64,000 nt of DNA from Epithemia pelagica. Taxonomy: Eukaryota; Protista; Bacillariophyta. Positions within the stretch are counted from its first letter, which is position 1. Each line of letters starts with the position of its first letter. A program made the translations under genes and the position numbers. The notes beneath the pieces are model-generated. The model saw only the letters and a program-made list of their open reading frames with translations. It was not told the origin of the DNA and searched no databases. Shown here in pieces: positions 10,648 to 20,698 of the stretch. The DNA lies in assembly GCA_946965045.2 (NCBI GenBank), contig OX337236.1, positions 3,472,001 to 3,536,000 of the forward strand. Reading direction: 5' to 3'.

Positions 10648-12390
10648 TCAGGAGAAATGCTCCACGAGACTGCGGAGCGACTGATCGACGGAGCGTGCCA
10701 CGTTTGCGACTGCAGCATCGAGCTCAGCGCGATTGACAGTAGAACCAGCCACAGTACCAGTCGCTCCGGTGAGCGTGCTGGTCGTGCTGGCGCCGTCGGC
10801 TCGCGCGGCATGAGCACTCGCATCTTGGTTGGAAGAATGCGTCCGATCCGGAACCCAGCGATGCGTGCGATGGTTGTAGAACATATGTTTTCCATCAATC
10901 ACGCGTCGATTTCGCTCGTCCGACTTTGGAGGCGCCCACTTTCCGGATGCACCACCTGCTCCAGAATTTGAGGAACTCGTCCCATTGGCTGCCTTCTTAG
11001 AACCAAACTTCTCTCTGTTCGCAGCAATCTTTTGTTCGTTGCGGGGTTCCGTGCACTTCGGTGCCGTATGTCCCGGCTTTCCACAATTCCAACAAATTGG
11101 TTGGGGCTTGCCATTGCCCGAAGAGGCAGTATTGGCAGCTTTCTTGGCATCTTCTTGGGCATTGAACACGGAGTTCTTTCCTTTCGTTTTAGAACCGTGC
11201 CAGTCATTACTGCTGCATAATTCATTATACTTAGTTTCGGCTAAGCGAAGTAAAGCATCAACTTCCAAACCACCAGTGTCATCGGGATCACCTTGAAGTT
11301 TACCAATGTCCCGTGCCATTGTGTAAGTTTGCTCGATATAGCGGAAATAGGAGTTAAATTTGCCAACGGATGAAGTTTGCATGACCTTTAGCACTTGCTG
11401 ATTAAAACGCTCTGGAACTTTCTTGACCCATTTCAAGCGCTTATGTGCACCACGGATTAAACTTACAACACGAAGAACATTTTCACCTTGAAACTCATTG
11501 ATCTTCAAGTTCTTAACCAAGTCTTTCAAGTGATCGATAGCGGCTTCCGAACTTGAAACCAGAATGTTCATCATAATGACGAAGAGCAGCGGACCCCCTT
11601 GTTGAATGGTAGGGTAAGTCTCAAACTGTTCGTAGCATTTTTCAAACAGGCTTTGAGTCATGTTATTTTCCAGATGCTTGTAGGTCAGTACCAAATTCTC
11701 CCGGTACCAATCCTTCTTTGTCCAGCGGCGATACCATTCACAACTGGCTGCAACTTCATCGGGAGTAACTTCCTCATAATTTAAATATAGATCTACAGTA
11801 CGAGACTCAATACTCCGGGATCCCTTTGACTTGGGGAACACAATCGTGAACACGTCATGCATATCGTAAACCATATGCGTGTCCTTGGTCTTGGAAATCA
11901 TGATGGCAGTGTTATAACACTCATCCAACTTCTTTTCATCGGTCAAACTCATACTCGTAAAAGTATATTTTGTTTGCGATGTCTTCACGGCTTCCTTGAA
12001 GAGATCTTGTTTCTTCTCCGAGGACATCTTCTCCCTGTTCTCTTTCCGATATAAAGGTCCTTGATCTGCGACACCATATCCCCTTGAACCTGGTTCCACC
12101 AGCTCAACTGCCAGTCCCCCAACCATGAATTGGGTATCTGTATCTAACGGGTAGTCATCGCTCTTTGAACTCTTATCCGAGTTGTTTTCATCGCTTGTTC
12201 TTCTTTGTCTTCTCTCATTAAGACCCTGAAGCGTTTCGTCGAGTGTTCGGAATCCAAAGTCGGATTCCCGATTTTCGGTTCCAGTCTGGTCTTCCGCTGA
12301 GGCGTCTTGATAGTCCTCATCGTCTCCCGTGTTAGCCGGTGCTGCACCTGAAGCGGGTGAAACATTTGCCGAGTCTTCTGCTCGCGCCAT
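10648..12390 (-). CDS. gag: Copia Gag (likely ATG at 12390; ORF track starts at GTG 12399)
   Basis: CCHC zinc knuckle CWNCGKPGHTAPKC; first ORF after the 5' LTR/PBS. Confidence 0.9.
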   Translation of the reverse strand: MARAEDSANVSPASGAAPANTGDDEDYQDASAEDQTGTENRESDFGFRTLDETLQGLNERRQRRTSDENNSDKSSKSDDYPLDTDTQFMVGGLAVELVEPGSRGYGVADQGPLYRKENREKMSSEKKQDLFKEAVKTSQTKYTFTSMSLTDEKKLDECYNTAIMISKTKDTHMVYDMHDVFTIVFPKSKGSRSIESRTVDLYLNYEEVTPDEVAASCEWYRRWTKKDWYRENLVLTYKHLENNMTQSLFEKCYEQFETYPTIQQGGPLLFVIMMNILVSSSEAAIDHLKDLVKNLKINEFQGENVLRVVSLIRGAHKRLKWVKKVPERFNQQVLKVMQTSSVGKFNSYFRYIEQTYTMARDIGKLQGDPDDTGGLEVDALLRLAETKYNELCSSNDWHGSKTKGKNSVFNAQEDAKKAANTASSGNGKPQPICWNCGKPGHTAPKCTEPRNEQKIAANREKFGSKKAANGTSSSNSGAGGASGKWAPPKSDERNRRVIDGKHMFYNHRTHRWVPDRTHSSNQDASAHAARADGASTTSTLTGATGTVAGSTVNRAELDAAVANVARSVDQSLRSLVEHFS

Positions 12391-12478
12391 TGTTCTCACC
12401 TTCTCTCTGTCCTATCTTGCCAGAGCACTCACTTTCTTGACACCGTACGACCTTGGGAAACCTTCTACAGCGTAATAC

Positions 12479-12492
12479 TTGGGCTCAGAACC
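12479..12492 (-). other. Primer-binding site, half-tRNA type
   Basis: GGTTCTGAGCCCAA directly follows the 5' LTR; resembles the GGTTATG(A/G)GCCC anticodon-loop PBS of Ty5 and Drosophila copia; no TGG start. Confidence 0.65.
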
Positions 12493-12729
12493 TGTGAGTA
12501 GTGGAAAAGAAGGGCGGTCTCTTTCCCATTGAGCAATCCGTAAAAGGATACTTATTCTGATAATCACTATTATGTTAGTCCTAAATTCTCACTAAATTCA
12601 CTTGGATCTTTTCTTCAATATCTTTTGGATGAGTCATTCCATCCACTCGTTCACATCTACGTCGCTCATCATTCGTGATTGATGAGTCTTGTTGCCAGGT
12701 ATAAGCTTGCTACCCCAGCTATACTCGCA
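12493..12729 (-). repeat. 5' LTR of copia element
   Basis: Direct repeat of 5565-5801. Confidence 0.97.
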
Positions 12730-12750
12730 CTCGTCGTCGACCAAAAGATA

Positions 12751-13354
12751 AGGGCTGGGTAAGCCGATCCATGTTCGGCTAGGTAGGCTCAGTACATTAA
12801 TCTACGTAGAGTACATAAAATCAGATAGTACACGTCACGCCGGAAATGGTCGGAATTTCAAAAAAATGCAAAAACGCTCGACAATGATGGCGAGATCCGG
12901 TGACGCCGTATGCATTCACCCATGCATTGCATAAACATCCAACCACCGTAAGTCCTTTGCCTTTACCTTTGAAATGGTTGTCTGAAATTACAGAAGATTT
13001 GCCAAGTTGGCTGAAAAGGTACGCTCATTTTTCTGCAGTGATGAAATCGAACGACCGCCCTAACTCACTCATTTTTCAATGCTGACTCGACCGAATTGAA
13101 AGCATAGTCACTCTAGTAGTAAATAATCTTATTGTCAAAGCGGTCGAGTCAAGCTCTATTATTGAGGAAGTTATGGCCATGGGGGTGACGGCTTCCACTT
13201 GTCGAGTGATGGCTTCCAATTTGCATTGTTTCTCGTGGCAGCAAGTTTTCAATTTGAGACCATCCGCCCCACTTGTTACACTGATGAAAATAGTACTACG
13301 TAGATTAATGTACTGAGCCTACTTAGCCGAACATGGATCGGCTTACCCAGCCCT
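12751..13354. mobile_element. MITE, 604 bp, ~59-bp TIRs, TA target duplication
   Basis: AGGGCTGGGTAAGCCGATCCATGTTCGGCTA... at 12751 is inverted at 13296-13354 (1 mismatch). TA on both sides. The paralogous empty site AAAAGATACTTTT is at ~41987. Confidence 0.9.
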
Positions 13355-13549
13355 TACTTTTCTTGGGGCTTGTCATGAAATCTATGTGCGATTGATTGTC
13401 CTTCACTTTCGTACGCAGGACAGGCACACCTTTTCTGTCTCCATAAAAAACACACCGCGGTCTCCACGCAAAGCTTCCACGCGTTGCTCTATTATTACAA
13501 AAATACCCTCTGCCATTTCTTGTCAACGTATTAGTAAAGCGCCGTGACC

Positions 13550-14650
13550 ATGACAACGACGCTGCAAAAGCAAGCATGGCAGTCGGGCCTTGTCCTGTTA
13601 GACGAGACACCTGAGTGGAATTTCGAGGACTGGCCTTCTCTTGAGGGAGAAGGGCGTTATCGTCATGCTTCGGTCGTACTGAATCATCCCGATAACAACC
13701 AAGAACAAACCGTCGTCGTGTCGGGTGGATGGCAACAAGGCCAAGGCGAGCTCGATTCCATTCTTGTAATGAATTTGGAGGACCAGAACAAGCAGTGGCG
13801 CGAAGGACCACCCATGAACAAGAGTCGTCGAGGACATGCCGCTGTTGTGTGCAATGGCGCTGTCTTTGTAATGGGAGGATTGAATCAAGGTTCATGTTTG
13901 AATTGTATCGAAAGAATTGACGTAAAGAATTTGCTGCGATCATCTTCGACAATCAGCACCACACATACGATTAATTGGACGACATTGACATGTCGATTAT
14001 CGACGAGAAGAAATGGATGTTGTGCTGTTGCGGTGCATGATCGATACATTGTTGTAATGGGTGGCTGTTACAACCATCGCTGTTTTTCGTTGGTGGATAT
14101 TATTGATACCAGCAATCACATTGTCACTGCTGGACCATCCATGACTGTTCCACGAGCATCCTGTGCCAGTGCGGTCATTGGCCACCGCATCTTTGTTGTT
14201 GGAGGCGAAAACGATCTTAACTCGGTGGAGTATTTGGAATTTTCAAAGCCTGGTGACAATGAAGAGACAAAGAAGCAGACTGGCTTGACATTGAGTTCTT
14301 TCTCGTCCCCTTGGATTACTCACCCTGATTTGGTCCTTTCCAATGCACGAAGTCCTTGTGCAGTGGCTGCCGTGGGATCTTGTCTGGTGGTGGCGGGAGG
14401 ATGGGGTTCAACCGTGGAAGTCTTGGATATTCACCGCAACCGCGTATGGAACCTCCCACCACCATTCGGAAATGACCGCACTGGCTACAATATGGTGACT
14501 GTTGCCAATCAAGTTGCCGTGATTGGTAGATGGGAAAATCCTTCCTGTGCGACATTACCACTTATCGACAAGAATACATGGTGCTTTCGTCGACTCTGTG
14601 AGCACCAATCGAACGAATGGTATCATTCTCTTGAAGGTATGGGTATCTGA
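13550..14650 (+). CDS. Kelch-repeat protein, copy 3 (C-tail truncated by CGA>TGA)
   Basis: Six blades; stop at GI* where paralogs read GIRD. Confidence 0.88.
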   Translation: MTTTLQKQAWQSGLVLLDETPEWNFEDWPSLEGEGRYRHASVVLNHPDNNQEQTVVVSGGWQQGQGELDSILVMNLEDQNKQWREGPPMNKSRRGHAAVVCNGAVFVMGGLNQGSCLNCIERIDVKNLLRSSSTISTTHTINWTTLTCRLSTRRNGCCAVAVHDRYIVVMGGCYNHRCFSLVDIIDTSNHIVTAGPSMTVPRASCASAVIGHRIFVVGGENDLNSVEYLEFSKPGDNEETKKQTGLTLSSFSSPWITHPDLVLSNARSPCAVAAVGSCLVVAGGWGSTVEVLDIHRNRVWNLPPPFGNDRTGYNMVTVANQVAVIGRWENPSCATLPLIDKNTWCFRRLCEHQSNEWYHSLEGMGI

Positions 14651-15379
14651 GATGCTGATATCTCACCCTTCTCCACATCGACATAAGCTCGTAAACGACC
14701 AAGGACCAATACATGCCAAAAAGATAGAGGGCATGATGAAACCTAGCCATTTATTTCTCGATTGGTTGACTTGTTTTCTACATTCGATTGCAATCCTAGA
14801 ACCTAGTAAGTAGTAACTCAAAGGTAGACAGAACATGTTGCAAGATAGAATGTGATTGTTTGTTGTCACTGCAGGTTTTGGGACAGTGCTTCCACCGTGA
14901 CTGTGCAGTTGTGAGACCAGAATCGGGCACTTTGTGGTGGCATCATGGCTCTCTTTATAACACAGAGTCGTCGTCCATGGATTGGTAGCTGTGGCAGGGA
15001 GGCCACCAACCGATGAGAGGAGCAAGAACAGAAGCACACCAAGGCGAAACCTTGTTGGACCTGATGTTGTCCGCTTTGAAGTGTTCTTCCTCGAAAGATG
15101 AAATGGGTCAAGTTTGGATGGAAGTAGGAGGGAGGACCGTGTCATATCCAATTCCGACATTTTGGCCAAGAACAGTTTTTCCCTTTCGGAGGAGTCACCG
15201 CTCCAATCGCAATGCCTTCTTCTAGCTGCTGTTGCATGTGAATCACAATACGTTGCTGCACTTTGCCATGTGATGTCAAGCCGGAATGGCCCAAACAAAT
15301 CCACAAGTGCGGCTGTCCAACCACCAACCACGGAGGAGACGGCCGATAATGACGATGTCTCCTCGTCGTTGGAAGCGGC

Positions 15380-15552
15380 TAGGAATGTTGGTGGAACTGG
15401 CCCCTGAATTGCCACAGCAGCGCAATACTCTTGAGATTTTGCCGATTCACTTGGCCTGTCAAGCCCATGTGACCGAATGTGTTCAATTCTTGACCAAGTT
15501 TCCTGCGGTCATGACGGGACCCGATGACCAGGGACGTACACCTTGCAAGTAG
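15380..15552 (+). pseudogene. Ankyrin-repeat-like fragment
   Basis: LVELAPE...RNTLEILPIHLACQ...VQFL..FP.....DDQGRTP resembles ankyrin consensus (LPLHLAC, D..GRTP); no full gene around it. Confidence 0.55.
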
Positions 15553-16178
15553 AACAGCCCACGATCCAAATGCCTGCAACATAGTAATCGTCGTGGCTGT
15601 CTCCTCTGAATGAGATTTCATCTCGTCAGGAGGACAGTTGAAGCAAGGGCTGTGAAGTTCCTCCAGAACAAAGCCAAGAAAAACCCACCAAATCAAATCG
15701 AGGATCGTGCCAATTGTCGCAATGGACCAGAACGACAACAAGGAATCGAGTCTTGTCGTTGCCACAACACAACCTCCCGAACAACCAGCACAGCCACAAA
15801 ACAAGAAGGCCGTCATCTTTCCTCCTCCTAGCATAACTCAATTGGACGAAACTGACGGCGGCATTGCCGTGGAACCGACTGTGTGCCAATTCCATCTTGG
15901 AAGTCGGAGCATTGACCACGACGACAACGTCCATCACCAGTACTTCCTTTTCGCAGCATTGGTCGCTTGATTGCTCATGCCTGGAAACAAGCTGCTCCTC
16001 ATCGCAATGTCTTGCTCCTCAATGCCAGTTCCGCTCAAACCTTGTTGCACGATTATAACACTGTCGAGCAGCAGTGTTGGACTTCGATCACTACCGCATT
16101 TAAGCCTCGTACCTAACTCAGCAGTATCAACAACAAAACCACGACCATGAATGGCGGCGATCATGTCTTGGCTGTCGT

Positions 16179-16620
16179 CTAATAGAACTTGTTCTTGTTC
16201 TTCTTCGTTGGATTCTGGTTCTTGGTGGTGCGAATCTTCGTCTGGTCGATGTGGAAGGGCGATGGGACCCTTTCCCATAATCGATTCTTCACCTGTTGAT
16301 TCTCCCGTGTCGGGTGCATGACGTAACCGTGTCGATTCAAACGACGATTTCCTCGATGACCCTTGTACATGAATTCCTCGACAATGCCCACATTGCTCCA
16401 AACATCGGATCGAGCCGAGTAAAAGGCCACATAGACCACCAAGGCAATCTCAGTGGCACGGAGCAGCCACCATTGGGTGTCATTTGTAACCATCGAGAGT
16501 TGTCGCATCTTTATGTGGAGATTTGCTCTCAGTAGATTGGAGCGATGCGAACTTGAGGGTCCATGCAAACTCTCTTGCGCTCCTCGATCTATTATGTTGG
16601 CAACCGCCATTGTTTCCCAA
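16179..16620 (-). pseudogene. Decayed protein-kinase C-lobe relic
   Basis: TQWWLLRATEI...FYSARSDVWSNVGIVEE resembles kinase subdomains VIII-IX (APE, SDVWSxG); frameshifted DLK..SNLL-like DNA upstream. Confidence 0.5.
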
Positions 16621-17607
16621 TGTTGGGACTGATCCTGGGCCTCGCAATTCAATTGTCACGGATTGAAGGAGGCCACTTCATGGTTGTTGTCCTCAATCAT
16701 CGCTTCTTGAAGAGACATGTTGGTGAAATTGATTGATAAGGTCAAGTCGTCGTCGCCTTCATCGTGGTCGATGCGATGGAGTAGTCCCCAGCGGGGGTAA
16801 GGAGTCGGGTCGCATATGTGTCGTGCTTTTGGTCTTCTAACTACTCATTCACGAATTCTCATGACTACCTCCCGCTGGGAGTTAGTCATGGACGTGCACT
16901 ATAGCCTGTACCTACAATCTTGATGACAGTAAAAGATACTAGGTAGAAACGCTAGGAATGTTTTGTGGCGTGGAGAACAACGGGGTCGACGACAATGGAC
17001 GATGTGGGCCATACCAAGTTCCACCCCACCACCATCACAACATGCACTGCGCAACCTTACAGCAATCGTACCGCCGCATCATGGATCACATCATGAATTC
17101 GAGATGACTTTTGATGCTTGTCCGTCTCAACCTGCAATGATCAGCCGTAGAACAAGATCAGTGTCCACTGTGCTTCTCGTCGACTCGGTATGCGTAAGGA
17201 ACCAACAACCAGACAAACTGTGGAGCCTTCATCGAGAGGGACCACGAAACACTGTGTACTACTAGGACGACGCGTCCCGAAAATTATATGGCGACGAAAC
17301 TGACCTGTGCCAGTACCACCACGACAACGACAGGCACCCGTTATTCTGGACTCCGACCATTGACCAGCAGTACTTGCAGGATGAAACAACAAGAGCACAG
17401 TGTCAACCACAACAGCTCGGTCGAAGCAACTGTCACGATTTGTTTCGTGACAAAAGCTCCTACCCCTCTTTGGTCCATCGATTTCGTGCAGTCAGTCGTG
17501 CTTCCAGTCCGCACCCATCAGCATCACAACAGCAGAGCAGCCCTACGTGCCTCTTACAAGACAGTGTCTTGATCCCCATAAATTCTGAAGTCGAAAGGTT
17601 TGCAACC

Positions 17608-18771
17608 ATGACAACCACACTGAAAGAACAAGCATGGTAGTCGGGACTTGTCTTATCGGACGACACAGCAGAATGGAATGAAAACGATTGGCCTCCTCTC
17701 GAGGGTGGATGGCGTTGGTTTCATACATCGGTCGTACTAAATCATCCCGCTAAGACCAACTATAACAACGACAAGGCACAAACAGTCGTGGTGATGGGAG
17801 GATGCGACAAAGGCTGGAATACTACCAATTCCGTTCTTGCATTGAATCTAGCAGAACCGAACAAACAGTGGCGAGAAGGAACACCCTTGAACCAGAAACG
17901 TTCTGGACATGCTGCTGTTGTGTCCAACGGAGGCGTCTACGTGATGGGAGGATACTTTGAACATGTATGTTTAAATTGTATCGAACGAATTGACGTAAAG
18001 GATTTGATGCAATCACCTTTACCAGCAAGCAACAAATATGAGAGGCATTGGACGACATTGAACTGTCGACTATCATCTGGACGACATGGATGTTGTGCTC
18101 TCTCGGTGCACAACCGATATATTGTTGTGATGGGTGGCTATTGCAACCATCGTTATTGGTCGTCGGTGGATATTGTTGATACCAAGAATCACATTGTCAC
18201 TGCTGGACCATCCATGACTGTTCCTCGATCTTTTTGTTCCAGTGCGGTCGTTGGCCACCGCATCTTTGTCGTTGGGGGTCATAACGATGAGCATGTCAAT
18301 CTTGCCTCGGTGGAGTACGTGGACTTTGCAGAGCCCTGTGACAGTGATCAGATAAAAGAGGAGACTGGTTCAACATTCATTCCCCTCTCGTCCGCTTGGA
18401 TCACTCATTCTGATTTGGTGCTTTCCAACCCTAGAGATTCTTGTGCAATGGTTCCCGTGGGATCTTGTCTGGTGGTGGCCGGAGGATGGCGCATTTCAAC
18501 CGTGGAAGTCTTGGATACGCGCCGCAACCGTGTGTGGAATCTCCCACCATTGACTAATAACTGCCGCAGTGGTTGCAGTATGTTGACTGCTGCCAATCAA
18601 GTTGCCGTGATCGGTGGTTTGTACAATCCTACCTGTGCGACATTGCCACTAATGGATAGGAATTCGTGGTGTTTTCGCCGTCTCTGTGAGCAGCAACTTA
18701 GCGGATGGTACCATTTACGGGAAGGAATGGGCATTTCGTCCTTCTCCACCTCGACATCAAAATCTGAATGA
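17608..18771 (+). pseudogene. Kelch copy 4 with a nonsense codon at codon 11 (CAG>TAG, 17638-17640)
   Basis: MTTTLKEQAW* then the same frame stays open through all six blades to 18771. Confidence 0.85.
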
Positions 18772-19083
18772 ACAATGACCAGTACGTACTAGTGATAAAG
18801 GCAAGGATGAAACTTGAAATGGGCAACATATTGCATTGATGTCCTGCACAGCGGAACTATAAAATAATGATTTTGTTCTCAAACACTTTCTTGTTTCCTG
18901 CATTGATGTCCTGCAAAAGGGGATATATTATATAGTGTAATCTTTTTAGTTCTTAAACTACTGCTCTGTTGTTTGCATGGCATTGCAAACTATTGAGACA
19001 TTCATGTACATTGGTGTAGTAGAAATGAGATTATGTGATACAGCATACGGCAGGGAACGTGATTTCTCGAAACGACGAAAGCC

Positions 19084-19356
19084 ATGGATTATCGAGAGCT
19101 TTGCTTTGTGTTGAGTGTTTTTGTCGTCGTGGCCCTTGTTTTGCCAGCCACTTCGGATTATGCACATGAAGCGGTCGCTTCTTTTGGTTGGACTCCAAGG
19201 TTCGATAAGAGTCACAAACTAATCACTGTGACTGTAGGAATGGAATTTGTTCTATTCTCTGATGAAGCGACGATTATCCCCGCATGTGCCTGGACTGGAA
19301 AAGGACGTCGGGATTTGCCATATGTCCGACCAAAGTCAAGAGCCATCACAGGATAA
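19084..19356 (+). CDS. Hypothetical small protein with signal-peptide-like N-terminus (90 aa)
   Basis: MDYRELCFVLSVFVVVALVLPATS hydrophobic leader; a disrupted paralog lies at ~30967-31300 (shared SHKL motif). Confidence 0.3.
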   Translation: MDYRELCFVLSVFVVVALVLPATSDYAHEAVASFGWTPRFDKSHKLITVTVGMEFVLFSDEATIIPACAWTGKGRRDLPYVRPKSRAITG

Positions 19357-20049
19357 TCTTCGTACACCCCTTCAATCACGGTATGGGGATCAAAACGACC
19401 CACTCTCTCCACTTCATGTTTGCTAAAATCTTGTTTCAAATCTTTTGGAATCAATCCCAAGTACCAATAGTGACCTTCGCAAACTTGAGCAATCGAACCC
19501 GATACTGACTACTTGGCACTTCTCGTGAAGGTTCTTGGATATTACGTGTCTACCAAGAATTGCACATGCCAGCGATAATGGAAAATTGGAGGCGATGCAC
19601 GACGACATTCCACAGCGATGCCTTGCACTGTTACCAACGGGAGGACAAACCTTGGTTGTCCAACCATCCAAGTGACATTTCGAGCAGTCGATGATGGCTC
19701 ATCGTCAATCATTTCTAAGGCCGAACTCTCTTCTAGAGTTGATTGAAGACGACTCGACAGAGGACGAGCAATGGGCAAAGATGCGGACAACATTGAGAAA
19801 AGAGAGATTCGTCGTTTCCCAATGAGAGAATGAGTCGAGGCCTGTCCTGCGGCTTCCTTGGCTACCGTCAAAAGCCGTTGTTGCAGTTGCAGTTGAAGCA
19901 AGGTAAGGTTGGAACAGCATGTCGATCGGCCAGTACACACCAACCATTCCGACAACAACAACAACAGTTCCATCGCTTCGCGAAGCAACTGATGCAGCAT
20001 GGAGTAAATGGCGTAACCGATCAGACAACAATTGCATGGCTTGTCTATG

Positions 20050-20300
20050 ATTCATGAGAAACGTCTTGCACTGTGGTTCTCCAGGTTACGAGCCCAAATT
20101 GAGTTGCCCATTGCCAGTGCCACGGCTCCAGAATTCAGAACGGCAACCGCACGTAGCAGTCACCATTGGGTGTCAATGGTAAGAATGACTCGTCCCCATC
20201 GAGACTTGTCGTATCTCTTTGCGGATCTATGCTCTCAGTAGATTGGAAGGATTCGAACTTGAGGGTCCATGCAACCTCTCGCGAATGACTTGCGCTCTTC
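20050..20300 (-). pseudogene. Second decayed kinase relic
   Basis: DNA paralogous to 16440-16570 (catcgagacttgtcg..ctcagtagattgga..aacttgagggtccatgc). Confidence 0.4.
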
Positions 20301-20698
20301 TTGATCTGTGACTTGAGTGCTCCACCACCATTCGTTGTTTCAAGTTGGGGCTGATCCTGGTGCCTCGCCATTCAATTGCACGGATTGGTTGATAAGGACA
20401 AGACGTCGTCGTTCGTCCGTCGTCGATGTCCCCAGCGGGGGTGAGGAACCGGGTCGCATGTGTGTCGTGCTTTTGGTGTTCAAACTACTCATTCACTAAT
20501 ACTCATGACTCACTCCCGCTGAGGGCTAATTCTGGATGTGCATGAAAAAGTGTGTAAGTACAATCTTTTGCACAGTAAAAGATATTAGAAACGCTAGGAA
20601 TGTTTCGTGGAGAACAATGGATCAACCGACATGATGCGACGAATCACTCTATGATGTGTACGATACGAAACAGAAATAAATGCTCCTTTCCTCCGATG

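Larger units (their letters stand above)
5565..12729 (-). mobile_element. Full-length Ty1/copia LTR retrotransposon
   Basis: Two 237-bp LTRs (5565-5801, 12493-12729), TG...CA on the minus strand, identical by eye. TSD CTCGT at 5560-5564 and 12730-12734. PPT next to the 3' LTR. Domain order gag-PR-INT-RT-RH is copia-type. Confidence 0.97.

Noticed and set aside
19212-19460. Kinase N-lobe-like stretch (KHEVERVGRFDP...GVYED)
   Set aside because: It lies downstream of the C-lobe relic, in the wrong order, and the resemblance is weak.
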